Source: a virus
Lineage: Duplodnaviria; Caudoviricetes
IMG/VR virus record: IMGVR_UViG_3300044820_000046
Span: 1-40,766 of that record
Length of the DNA: 40,766 nt
Strand: one strand, 5' to 3'
Positions 26,382-35,344 of this stretch are shown here, piece after piece; within the stretch, counting starts at the first letter, position 1, and each line of letters begins with the position of its first letter. Both the position numbers and the translations under genes were made by a program. A model generated the notes under the pieces. It was not told where the DNA came from, did no database searches, and saw only the letters and a program-made list of their open reading frames with translations.

Positions 26382-27535
26382 TACAGGCGAACGCGCTTGG
26401 TTTCCGCATAGGACGTTGATCGCCGCGCCGCGTCGCCAAGCGGGACCGATTCCGTTTCCTCGTGGTCGGGGTCGTCGTGCGGCTCGTCGGCGAGGTGTTT
26501 GGTGCGCTCGTTCAAGCCCTGCACCGCAGCGAGAAGACGGCCAGCAAGATCGGCGAGGTCGATTTCATGTCCGTTCGAGCCTTCAGGAAAGATACTTTTA
26601 TAGTCCTGAGCCATCGGCCCCGTTCGCTGTTCCGGTAGCCCAAACTTCGCCTGCGCATCATCCTTGTATCGGTAATGATCGACGGGGAGCTTCGACAGTT
26701 CGAGCAAAATCTGCTCGTGATCAACGGGCTCGCGGTCTTCTTTCAGGTTCTTATCGGATTTGTACATCGCCGTGCCCAACGACGCGCCGCCCAGAATCAT
26801 GTTCATCGTGTTCTGTTGCTGCTGGTTGTACGCGTTAAGCTGATCCTGATACGAGTTCTGGACGTTCTGGCTGACGTTCGTCGGCGTGATCGAGGTCGGC
26901 GAAGTCGCAATCGCACCGGGAGCCGCGCCGAGCAGCGAGTTTGTCGGTGACATGGCGAGGACACTTTGCAACGTTTGATAGGGAAGGTTGTACTGCTGCA
27001 ATCCCTGATTAAAGAGCGTGTTCTGTTCGCCCGCGCCGGTCACTTGCGCCTGATTTGCGAGCGAGCCCCATGCCTGATTTTGGTTCTGCTGAATGGGGTT
27101 CATGGTGTTGTTCCATGCTTCCCCGCCCATCGGCACGCCGCGATTTGTCAGAAGCGTTTCGGCGTTCGTCGTCTGCCGGTCGAACTGCGGCTGCAAATAG
27201 CCCGCCATCGAGTCGAAAGCGTTCTGGCCGACTTGATTGACTGTCTGCGGGTTGAAACTCGTCGGCAGTTGATTGACAAGGCTGCCCGCTGTCCCGGTCA
27301 AACCGCCCGCGATGCCTTCCTGTCCCTGTTCGAGCGCTTGGAGCGTCGGGCTGAGCGTCGAGACTTGCCCGGTCGGGACGCCGTTTGCGTCGCGCAGGAA
27401 TTGCGTTGAGCCGTAAGGATTATACTGGCTGACTGCGTTCATGCCCGCTTGGGCTTGAGCCGTGTCGATATTGCTTTTTGTGGACGCCGCGCTAGTCGCG
27501 TATGGATCTGGCGTCGAGGGTGCGCTTCCGCCCAT
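26381..27535 (-). CDS. DNA pilot/ejection protein with a C-terminal S74-like domain
   Basis: MGGSAPSTPDPYAT, QYNPYGS N-terminus; SDKNLKED...YRYK...GPMAQD...IDL autocleavage-chaperone pattern. Confidence 0.82.
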   Translation of the reverse strand: MGGSAPSTPDPYATSAASTKSNIDTAQAQAGMNAVSQYNPYGSTQFLRDANGVPTGQVSTLSPTLQALEQGQEGIAGGLTGTAGSLVNQLPTSFNPQTVNQVGQNAFDSMAGYLQPQFDRQTTNAETLLTNRGVPMGGEAWNNTMNPIQQNQNQAWGSLANQAQVTGAGEQNTLFNQGLQQYNLPYQTLQSVLAMSPTNSLLGAAPGAIATSPTSITPTNVSQNVQNSYQDQLNAYNQQQQNTMNMILGGASLGTAMYKSDKNLKEDREPVDHEQILLELSKLPVDHYRYKDDAQAKFGLPEQRTGPMAQDYKSIFPEGSNGHEIDLADLAGRLLAAVQGLNERTKHLADEPHDDPDHEETESVPLGDAARRSTSYAETKRVRL

Positions 27536-27982
27536 CTATTTACTTTCCTTTATCCACCGGCATGCCTCGCGAGACATTCCGTAAAGAATGGCATCACGGC
27601 CGCGCGCAACGCCGCCGATCTTGACGCCCTCAAGTTTGAAGCCCACACGCTCAAGAAACTGCCGTGAACGCGCGTTTGATTTCGCCGCCTGCGCAGAGAC
27701 GCGGGAGCAGCGCAAATTTACGAACGGATACGAAAATATTACGCCCAGCAAGCGCCGACTGCTTTTGCCTCGGTCGGATGCGGCGTGCATCGTTATGTCA
27801 AAGGTGCCGTCACGGAGTTGGCGATAATCCGTATACATGACAGCCCCGACGAGGTGCCCGTTCTCCGCAAAACCAATGGCTTCGTAAAGCGACGGATCGC
27901 GCGGAACGGAGCCAATATCGCGGACTTTTCGAGCGAGGTATTCTGCGCAAATCTCTTTGCAGCCAGAAACGACGCTGATCAA
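27536..27982 (-). CDS. GNAT-family acetyltransferase of the podophage tail module
   Basis: IFSYPFVNLRCSRV...SNARSRQFLERVGFKLEG...DAILYGM. Confidence 0.88.
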   Translation of the reverse strand: MISVVSGCKEICAEYLARKVRDIGSVPRDPSLYEAIGFAENGHLVGAVMYTDYRQLRDGTFDITMHAASDRGKSSRRLLGVIFSYPFVNLRCSRVSAQAAKSNARSRQFLERVGFKLEGVKIGGVARGRDAILYGMSREACRWIKESK

Positions 27983-29583
27983 AGCGCCCCTGCTCCAGAA
28001 ACTAAGACGTCGGTGCTATACCACGCCACATCATTCCCGCTGCTCTGCGTCTGAATGACCGCGGAGAGCGCGTGGCCTTGTCCGTAGCAGCCAAACACTT
28101 TCGGCGTGCTCAATGTCGTCGTGGACCATGCCGAGCCCCATGCGCTGCCCCACGGCGTACTCGTGCCGGGGCTGGCTGCTGTGAGCGAGATCGACGGGTC
28201 GAACGGCGCGGCGTTGAAATCTACATCGATCTGGAATTGCCCGGTCAGGCTGTACGCGGTGTAGATTTCAGGCTTGATCGCGGTCGCGGTTTTCTTCGTG
28301 CCAGGGTTGCCCATGTACGAGAAACCGGGCCGCGCCTGCGCGATGATCTGCGCGCCGTTGTCGAGGCCGCCGCCGACTTCATAAATCGCGCCATCGTTGA
28401 GCGACGAGCCCATATAGAGGACGTTGCCCATGTAGGCGAGCGAGGCGCATGGCCAATAATTGTATGTCGTCCAGGCCGGCTGTTTCGTGTTCCATACGTA
28501 TTGCTTCGAGGTAGCATTCACGCCGAGCGGGACGAGGAGATAAACGAAACCATCGAAAAAATACCCGCGCCAGCCGAGATTGCCGCCATAGGTCACGTAG
28601 TCGGTCTTCCAGCTTGGCGCGATCTTTCCCCAATCGCCGAGCGCGGCCAGGTTGAAGGCGTTGCCGGACGCAATGACATCCATCGAGATCGGGCCGGCAG
28701 TCGTGATCGCGATCAACTCACCGCCCATTTTCACGCAACTGTCCGGCTCGATGAGCGGCGGCGCGTAATATTTTGTCGCCAGCGTGATATCGGTCGTGGG
28801 GTCGCCGGAATAGACGAGAACTTGCCCGGTGGACATGAAAAAGCAGGTGTAATTCTGCCAGGGGAACACGGCGAGGCAGTTCCCGCCGTCTGCAATTTGG
28901 GAGATTTGGAAGAGGGAGAGCGCGCCGGTCACGCCGAGCTGCGGGCCATAATAGACATCGCCCGAGTTGTTCTGGGTGAACCATGCGCGGAAGCCTGAGA
29001 CTTTGACCGTGCGCAAATTCGCGAGCGTTGCGCCCGTGAATGTCTGGTTCGTGACGGTCGTTCCGTCGAAGCGCCACGGCGTATCAATGCCGTTGACGGC
29101 GAAAATATAGCCGTTGAGGTAATCGGTGGACCAGTAATCGCTTGCATACCCAGCCCCAGGAAGCGCCAGAGCCGTTGCCGTTCCGCCTGACATATTCCAG
29201 AGTTTGCCGTTGCAAGCGCCGATCAGGACGCCCGTTGCGCCGTTTTGGTAGGCTACCAGCGTTTTGACGGCTGGACCCGTTGCGGTCGTTAAGGTGCTGT
29301 CGAAGGTGATTTTCGTTGAGTCAAATGTCGCAACTGTTGAGTCGAATGTCGGGACGGGAAATATGACCTTCGAATAGCCGCTGTATCCGGGGCGAACGCG
29401 GCAGCAGCCTTGATCGGGAAGCCAATTAACAAGAACGCGCGCCTCGTCCGGCTGGAGCGCTTGCACGCTGTCGCGCGTGTTGAGGCCCTTGACCGGAGCG
29501 GGAAAGGGCGCGAACTGGCCAGCCGATGCGCCCTTGTTTGGGGGAAGCATGGAGGCCGAAGGGAAGATTTTGCGGCTGACCAT
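27979..29583 (-). CDS. Tail nozzle / DNA stabilisation protein (P22 gp10-like)
   Basis: PAPVKGLNTRD...NW.P....RVRPGY start; beta-propeller-like body; position after the adaptor. Confidence 0.82.
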   Translation of the reverse strand: MVSRKIFPSASMLPPNKGASAGQFAPFPAPVKGLNTRDSVQALQPDEARVLVNWLPDQGCCRVRPGYSGYSKVIFPVPTFDSTVATFDSTKITFDSTLTTATGPAVKTLVAYQNGATGVLIGACNGKLWNMSGGTATALALPGAGYASDYWSTDYLNGYIFAVNGIDTPWRFDGTTVTNQTFTGATLANLRTVKVSGFRAWFTQNNSGDVYYGPQLGVTGALSLFQISQIADGGNCLAVFPWQNYTCFFMSTGQVLVYSGDPTTDITLATKYYAPPLIEPDSCVKMGGELIAITTAGPISMDVIASGNAFNLAALGDWGKIAPSWKTDYVTYGGNLGWRGYFFDGFVYLLVPLGVNATSKQYVWNTKQPAWTTYNYWPCASLAYMGNVLYMGSSLNDGAIYEVGGGLDNGAQIIAQARPGFSYMGNPGTKKTATAIKPEIYTAYSLTGQFQIDVDFNAAPFDPSISLTAASPGTSTPWGSAWGSAWSTTTLSTPKVFGCYGQGHALSAVIQTQSSGNDVAWYSTDVLVSGAGAL

Positions 29584-29586
29584 CGG

Positions 29587-30321
29587 CTAATGGCCAAAAT
29601 TTGTATCTGGAATCAGCCCTTTAGTCAGGACATTCCTCGGTATACCCGTAACATCAATCAATGGAGGCGGCGAAGCATCAAACGATTCTGCTTGAATAGC
29701 GTCGAGGTAATTGGCCTTGTCGTCGTCGTAAGGAAGGCCGTTACTTGCCTTCCACTTATACATAAGGCCGAGCTTCATCAAATCTTCGGCGTCGGACACA
29801 TTCCCGGCTGCGGTGATCGTAAATCGCACCGTGTCCGTATCGGCGAGGAAGGTGCTCTGCGGCGTGCCATCGGCAGCAGCGGCCCATGTGTTGGAATAAT
29901 AATCAAACGCCAGCGTGCGAATATCGGTCGGCGTCGGAGCAATCGCGAGTTGCCCGTTTTCGATGCGGAACCAGAACCGCATGCCGAACGTCACGAAGCC
30001 CGACTTGAGCAAGCCCCAAAATGCGTCGGTCGCGGCACCCATCAGCGGCCAATGCGATGTCCGGTCCCAATGCGTCATGGGCGAGAAGCGGCGGAAATCG
30101 GGCGGGCAGGCGTAATATTCTTGGTTCGGAACCGTCTGGAAGGCGTAATTTTGCTTCAGCGTCGGCCATTGGTACGACCGCATGAGGTCTTTGCCGATGC
30201 TGCGGCACATGGCCAGCGCTTTGACGGCGGTCGGGTCCGAGTTGCCGACGATGGACGAGGGGATGGAGACGCCGCCGCCGATCTCTGAGAGTGCGTCGGA
30301 GATAATCGAAGCGAGACTCAA
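29587..30321 (-). CDS. Head-tail adaptor (tail tubular protein A-like)
   Basis: MSLASII..A..E.G...P, YQWPTL, YACPPDF, WDRT..WPL.G, GL.Y...IPDTNFG; TTG start. Confidence 0.85.
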   Translation of the reverse strand: MSLASIISDALSEIGGGVSIPSSIVGNSDPTAVKALAMCRSIGKDLMRSYQWPTLKQNYAFQTVPNQEYYACPPDFRRFSPMTHWDRTSHWPLMGAATDAFWGLLKSGFVTFGMRFWFRIENGQLAIAPTPTDIRTLAFDYYSNTWAAAADGTPQSTFLADTDTVRFTITAAGNVSDAEDLMKLGLMYKWKASNGLPYDDDKANYLDAIQAESFDASPPPLIDVTGIPRNVLTKGLIPDTNFGH

Positions 30322-30357
30322 TGAACCAATCCCTTCAAATCATGGCATAGTGGCGTC

Positions 30358-30612
30358 ATGTTTGACCCAATCCCCGCCGACATCTGGCAGCGTCTTCTCT
30401 GGTTCGATCCCGCGAAATTGCCGCGCATTGGTAGGCCGGTTCTCGTGCTCGACGCTCGCAAGGGGTTCTGCATCGGCATTTATCGCGGTCGTCGTCTGAT
30501 CGAGGTGCTTCATGGCAACGTCCCGGTTGAGCCTGAGAGGCTTCCGAAACGTTGCCGAGAGAGGTATCAGGCGGCAACGTCAGGCTTCGGAACTGGCGTG
30601 AAATCGACATAG
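30358..30612 (+). CDS. Small antisense hypothetical protein
   Basis: Fills an otherwise empty gap; W....LPRIGRPVLVLD...CIGIY pattern reminiscent of DUF551-like proteins. Confidence 0.45.
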   Translation: MFDPIPADIWQRLLWFDPAKLPRIGRPVLVLDARKGFCIGIYRGRRLIEVLHGNVPVEPERLPKRCRERYQAATSGFGTGVKST

Positions 30613-30812
30613 TAATAGTCGCCGATCACAAGCTGTTCGGCCGCCTTCGGATTGTCGATCTGAAACTCGGCAAATCCGCTCGGCGTGGCCTTCTGAAAGC
30701 CAGCATCCTCTTTGCAAATCTCGGGGTCATAGATGCAGCGAAAGATCGCCTTTGATCCATTCCAAGACTGCGCGAACACGTTCTCAAGCTGCATTTTGCA
30801 ACGAATACCCAT
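30567..30812 (-). CDS. Conserved small phage protein
   Basis: RCKM...F.KATPSG..E..IDNP.A.EQ...GDYYYVDFTP, a pattern common in phages. Confidence 0.8.
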   Translation of the reverse strand: MGIRCKMQLENVFAQSWNGSKAIFRCIYDPEICKEDAGFQKATPSGFAEFQIDNPKAAEQLVIGDYYYVDFTPVPKPDVAA

Positions 30813-30821
30813 GATAGCCCC

Positions 30822-31583
30822 CTAAGCCGCAATCTCGTCATAAGCCACGCCGTCCGCGCGCTCATTCCGCTTGAGCCAAGCCTTCGCCTTCGCGCGATAC
30901 CCGTCCCAATTCGCCGGCCCAAGCTGCGGGATGATGAAATCCGACAGGTTCGCCAGCGCCTCGATGGTCACGACGCCGTTCGCGTTCAGCGTTTCAAGCG
31001 AGCGCTTCGGAATGCCGCGGAGTTCGGCGAGCGGTGTGCCGTCAACGTGATATTCCTCGTCTTCGTACAGATCCGGCCCCGGCTCATGATCGACGGGGTG
31101 GCCCTGCGCTTCGACGGCTTCGATACGCTTCAGTTCGTTCAGGAGCGCGGCCTTCTTCTCGGCCATACTCGAACCTTTCGCGACGCGCGGCTTGTACTCG
31201 CCGATCAGCGACGGGTGAATGCCAGCGGTCCCGCCGAAATACTGATCCGGCAAGTCCTCATCGCCATACTTCGAGATGTATTCGGCGAACGCCTCGGGAA
31301 AGCGCGCCTTGTACGCCATGATGTTGACCGACTTGATTGGATCGATCGTCGTGCCCGGCACCGTTGACATAGCGCAGCGCGTTTCCATGCACGGCGTCCA
31401 TTTCAAGATTTCCTCGCCGAAATGATGCGACGCGACAAGATCAAGCTCGGCGCTTTTGACGATGGCGCCATGCACCATCGGCTGGCGATTGCCCTGCGTA
31501 TCGACAATATAACTGTCGGTCGCGGGATACATCTTCGTTAATACATGGCGTTCGCCAAGTACTGATGGATTTTCGTAACTCAA
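30822..31583 (-). CDS. Head-module protein with a C-terminal helix-hairpin-helix
   Basis: YKARFPEAF..Y and GTPLAELRGI....ETL...GVVTIEALANLSD; TTG start after GGGAG. Confidence 0.78.
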   Translation of the reverse strand: MSYENPSVLGERHVLTKMYPATDSYIVDTQGNRQPMVHGAIVKSAELDLVASHHFGEEILKWTPCMETRCAMSTVPGTTIDPIKSVNIMAYKARFPEAFAEYISKYGDEDLPDQYFGGTAGIHPSLIGEYKPRVAKGSSMAEKKAALLNELKRIEAVEAQGHPVDHEPGPDLYEDEEYHVDGTPLAELRGIPKRSLETLNANGVVTIEALANLSDFIIPQLGPANWDGYRAKAKAWLKRNERADGVAYDEIAA

Positions 31584-31605
31584 GACTTAAAACTCCCTGT
31601 AGATA

Positions 31606-31971
31606 TCAAGAATAGACTGTGCCCCAATTGGTGCCGTTATCCATCAAGCGCAGGAACGCGCCTTTGTTTGCGCCGACCGTGATGGCTGCGTTTGCAGACC
31701 CGCCGTTGATTTTCCCACTGGAACCGACAGGCGGATAAACGGTGATGGTCGAGCCGGTTGCGTTGAATACCCAATAGCCGTCGCCCGTGCTTGCCCAGGT
31801 CGGCAGAGAAACGCCGCCCGTGCCGGATGTGACGAGGCTGTTGCATGTCGTGATAACAGTCGCGCCAGCCTGCGTTGAGCCCGCAGCGGCGACGGCGGCA
31901 TTGATGGAGCCTTGCAGCGCGTTGGATTGGCCAGCCGGAAAGCTTCCGCCGATGAGTTCTGAATCAAGCAT
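31606..31971 (-). CDS. Small virion structural (decoration-like) protein
   Basis: AAGSTQAGAT, GVSLP, VFNATGSTITVYPPVG..GKING; AAGGA RBS. Confidence 0.78.
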   Translation of the reverse strand: MLDSELIGGSFPAGQSNALQGSINAAVAAAGSTQAGATVITTCNSLVTSGTGGVSLPTWASTGDGYWVFNATGSTITVYPPVGSSGKINGGSANAAITVGANKGAFLRLMDNGTNWGTVYS

Positions 31972-31981
31972 GTGATTTCCT

Positions 31982-34072
31982 TCAGTGTTGTTCTTTGGGA
32001 ATCAAGAGGATGTCCATGCGATACCGCTCGGCTACGCGGTAGCCGAACGTCTCGCAGATCCAGTCCGGCGTTTCGCCGTGGGCGACGCCGTATCGTGTCG
32101 AAAGCCCGTTGTCCTCGATGGTGATCACGGGCCGGAATTTGCGGATCGTGTCCGCAGCGCCTTCGAGGGCGCGCTTTTCGTAGCCTTCAACGTCGAGGCA
32201 GATCGCGTCGCAGGCGGCGAGGTTGAGGCTGTCGATGGTGACGATTGCGACCGCTTCGCCTTGCGCGAGATAGCGACCGGACGAGTTTTGAAATCCGTCA
32301 ACCGCAATGCCTGCGTATCCCGGCTTATCGCCGAGCGCATTGTTGTAGGCGACGACAGGTGAGGCATCGATGCAGTTCCGCATCAGAGCCTCATAGTTGA
32401 GCGGGTCCGCCTCGAACGTCACGACGCGGGCAAAGTGCTTGGCCAACTCTTTCGGCCATATGCCAACGTGTCCGCCCGCCTGGACAACGGTCCCGCGTCG
32501 GCCGCAGTATTTGAGCACTTCCTGCACGTCGAGCGCGGTATTGTCGTTCAGGATGTAGACCGAAGTCGCGTCGCCGTATGGCGTCAAAAACCCTTCCACC
32601 TCGATGAACTTGCCGTCGATGATTTCAACTGGCGTCGCCTTCTTCGCGACGATCCAGGCTAGAAGCCCTTCGCCGGCCGCCGAGATCGAGCAGCCGTTTT
32701 CGATGAGCGTATCAACGAGCGTGTTGAACTCGTTCGCCTGTGTCGCCATCCACGGCGCGCATTGAAAAACGCGGTGCTCGCAGATAACCGTGAGCGCCTT
32801 TTCGCCCTCGTTCAAAGGCTGCGGATAGGAATGGTGCTGCCCGTCGATATAGCAGCCATCCATGCCGTAGAGATGCAGCTTGCGATACCCGGACAGGTAG
32901 GCCAGCAGCATCGCCTTCAAGCCGACCGTGGAGCCGCCACCGAGCAAATGCGTGGGCTGTTCGCCCGGCATCGCTTCAAGAAGCTCCTGCACGCCTTCCG
33001 TGGCGTTGTGGTAGAGCGTCACCTTCGCGTCATGCGGCACCGTCTCAAACACGCCAGGATGGCACTGTGAGGCGATGAGAAAATCAAGCTCCCAATGAGG
33101 CAGAGACACGAATGCGGCGTTCTCGGGCCGCGCATCGAGGATCACAACGGCATCAGGGCGAATGGAGTGGTCGCAGAGATATTTCGCGGCGCCGTTCAGC
33201 GCCCAAATCTTGCCGCCAGCCGCTTTCGCCGCGCGGATTTGGCTGATATTCGCGCCGAGCGAGGGACCGCCGCCGCAGATAAGCACGAAGCCGTCATGCT
33301 CGGGTTGAATGTCGAACCACGGAACGTCGCGCGCACAGGCTGAATGGAAGTTCGCCAGGATGCGCTCGTTTTCCGTGTTGCAGATCACGTCAAGTTCGGC
33401 GTGCGAGATGCCGCCCAGCTTCCAGACTTCCGGCACCCAGCCACCGTCGATGAGGTGCGGCTTGTTCTCGGGGCCGTGGAAACAGACGACGCTTGCGCCT
33501 TCCGGCATGCGACGCCCGAGCTTGCGAAATGAAACGAACCGCTTCGGAAACATATCCTGCCAGAAATCGACAGGCTTGGTGCCCATGCAGCGCTGAATCC
33601 ACTCTTGGTCGCCTTCCTCGCAATGAGGGAAGCAGGCACGTTCGAACGAGGTCCAGATGTCGGTCAGGCCAGGAGCGCCGACACGCCAGCCCATGAAAGC
33701 GCTTCCGAAGCCGTGCGCGCGGTCCATGACGTTGTGCAGGATTGCGAAATCACCGCGGTAGGCCAGAATTTCATCGAGCCGCCCGGTGATCAAGTTGTCG
33801 AGATCCGAGAAGAAGACGTGATCGCCATCCTCGAAGACGCCCGACTTGAAAAGGGCCAGCTTGTTATACCAGCCCGATAGACCGGGATGGGGCAGGGGGC
33901 GAACGCGGACGCCTGGAATGTACCCGGCGTCAGGTTGATCGGTGAAGACGACGAACTTTCCTTGATAGCCTTCGGCTAGGTTGCGCGAGATCGAGTCGAA
34001 CAGGTTGTTGACGTACTCAGCGCCGCGAGATTGGTAATTGCCTGCGTTTACGCAGCAGATGGTGATAGACAA
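31982..34072 (-). CDS. Triple fusion: GT-A glycosyltransferase + MptE/DUF115-like + FkbM methyltransferase
   Basis: GWYNKL, FSDLD, GDQEWI, VCFHG..KPH; ICGGGPSL, GGSTVG, LYGMD; VVQAGGHVGIW, LDVEGYE..ALEGA..I.KFRPVI.IE. Confidence 0.88.
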   Translation of the reverse strand: MSITICCVNAGNYQSRGAEYVNNLFDSISRNLAEGYQGKFVVFTDQPDAGYIPGVRVRPLPHPGLSGWYNKLALFKSGVFEDGDHVFFSDLDNLITGRLDEILAYRGDFAILHNVMDRAHGFGSAFMGWRVGAPGLTDIWTSFERACFPHCEEGDQEWIQRCMGTKPVDFWQDMFPKRFVSFRKLGRRMPEGASVVCFHGPENKPHLIDGGWVPEVWKLGGISHAELDVICNTENERILANFHSACARDVPWFDIQPEHDGFVLICGGGPSLGANISQIRAAKAAGGKIWALNGAAKYLCDHSIRPDAVVILDARPENAAFVSLPHWELDFLIASQCHPGVFETVPHDAKVTLYHNATEGVQELLEAMPGEQPTHLLGGGSTVGLKAMLLAYLSGYRKLHLYGMDGCYIDGQHHSYPQPLNEGEKALTVICEHRVFQCAPWMATQANEFNTLVDTLIENGCSISAAGEGLLAWIVAKKATPVEIIDGKFIEVEGFLTPYGDATSVYILNDNTALDVQEVLKYCGRRGTVVQAGGHVGIWPKELAKHFARVVTFEADPLNYEALMRNCIDASPVVAYNNALGDKPGYAGIAVDGFQNSSGRYLAQGEAVAIVTIDSLNLAACDAICLDVEGYEKRALEGAADTIRKFRPVITIEDNGLSTRYGVAHGETPDWICETFGYRVAERYRMDILLIPKEQH

Positions 34073-34089
34073 AAGGGCTCCCCCAAATG

Positions 34090-34115
34090 AAAACCGCGCA
34101 GCCGAAGCCGCGCGG
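34090..34115 (-). terminator. Rho-independent terminator after the capsid/HNH block
   Basis: CCGCGCGGC-UUCG-GCUGCGCGG-UUUU on the minus strand. Confidence 0.85.
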
Positions 34116-34153
34116 GGTAGTAGTGTAAGAAGTGTAAAGTTGTGTAGGTTAGG

Positions 34154-34774
34154 TTATTTACGTGCGTTCGGCCCGTTCCAGGCGTTCGCACGCTTGATGG
34201 TCAAGGCGTCCTTCAGGGGCCAGCCCATACGAATGCGCTCATAAACGCGACGCCATTTCATGCCGTGCATTTCGGAAAGCTCGGCTAGAGACTTCATCTC
34301 GCCGTTCCATTCGAAATGAGGGGAAACCTCCCGATTTCTGATCTGCTCTTTTCGTGTTGCCCAGTAGCAATTCCCGGGTTCGTAATTGCCGTTGTTGTCT
34401 CTGCGTTCAATGCTTTTCCCGCCAGGTTTGACACCCATATCCTCAAAGAAATTAATAAAAGAGTGCCAACGCTCGCAGACCACAATCCCTCGACCACCAT
34501 AGCGATGATACCAACGGTTATTTTTGTTGTAGCATCGCCCTTTCATTTGCGCCCAAGACATATAAGTTGGCGTCTTTTCCATTCCGTGCTCGCGGCACCA
34601 ATCCTTACCCTTACACCCGCAGGATGTGCTCGTGCCATGAACAAGTGTTGCAGAAAGAACAGGTTTTATTTCACCACAAGAACATTTACAGACATATCTT
34701 ATAGGCGTCCCGAGGCATCTTTCTAAAACAAACCAATCTCCAAACTGTTTTCCAGAAATATCTTCATGTTTCAT
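34154..34774 (-). CDS. Free-standing HNH-type homing endonuclease
   Basis: CKCSCG, STSCGC, HGM..TPTY.SW..MK.RC, YGGRGI.VCERW..F.NF..DMG, SIERRDNNGNYEPGNCYWAT; AT-rich; GGAGG RBS before ATG 34774. Confidence 0.88.
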   Translation of the reverse strand: MKHEDISGKQFGDWFVLERCLGTPIRYVCKCSCGEIKPVLSATLVHGTSTSCGCKGKDWCREHGMEKTPTYMSWAQMKGRCYNKNNRWYHRYGGRGIVVCERWHSFINFFEDMGVKPGGKSIERRDNNGNYEPGNCYWATRKEQIRNREVSPHFEWNGEMKSLAELSEMHGMKWRRVYERIRMGWPLKDALTIKRANAWNGPNARK

Positions 34775-34831
34775 GTATTGGCCTCCATGTTCTGAGGCCA
34801 ATACATTACACCAATGCTAGAACAAGGTCAA
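34773..34831 (-). promoter_or_regulatory. Promoter plus RBS-sequestering hairpin of the HNH gene
   Basis: TTGACC-17-TAATGT; perfect 13-bp inverted repeat 34773-34785/34794-34806 covering most of GGAGG and the start codon. Confidence 0.75.
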
Positions 34832-35338
34832 CTATGTTATCTGACCTTGGAGGTGGGGCCTCGAAATTGTGACCACGATGGTTGAGGTCGTAGATGTCAC
34901 AGAAGACAAGTTCGCAGAGCGAGCGCCGAGAATTTGAGTTCCAGACGAAGCGACGGCTTTCACTCGCCCGGCGTTTGCGCCAAGATAAAGTGAAACCTGC
35001 TTTAGAATCTGGACCGCATCCTTTTTGGCGACGGCATTGCCCTCGATGATGTACCAGCCGTAGCTCGACGCCACGTTGGCCGACATCGCCCAGGCGACAG
35101 GAGCCCCCGTGTTGCCCGCGGTCCTCAGAGGAATCGCGGTCTGGTAGGTTGTCGCGTTGTACGTGACCATCGTCCCAACGGTCGTGTTGGCCACGCCGAG
35201 CAGATAGATGAACTCGCCGTGTCCATAGGTTGGGTCCCAGCCCGAAACAATCGTGCCGAGCGGGTGAAGTGCAGTCGTTGAGGTGTCGGCGATTGCCTGA
35301 GCACCAATGCCCCCAGAGGAGGATACAGTATAAGCCAT
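34832..35338 (-). CDS. Capsid decoration/cement protein
   Basis: PLGTIV..WDPTYGHGEFIYL.GVA.T.VG, PVAWAMSANVA..YGWY; follows the MCP. Confidence 0.78.
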   Translation of the reverse strand: MAYTVSSSGGIGAQAIADTSTTALHPLGTIVSGWDPTYGHGEFIYLLGVANTTVGTMVTYNATTYQTAIPLRTAGNTGAPVAWAMSANVASSYGWYIIEGNAVAKKDAVQILKQVSLYLGANAGRVKAVASSGTQILGARSANLSSVTSTTSTIVVTISRPHLQGQIT

Positions 35339-35344
35339 GTTAAG

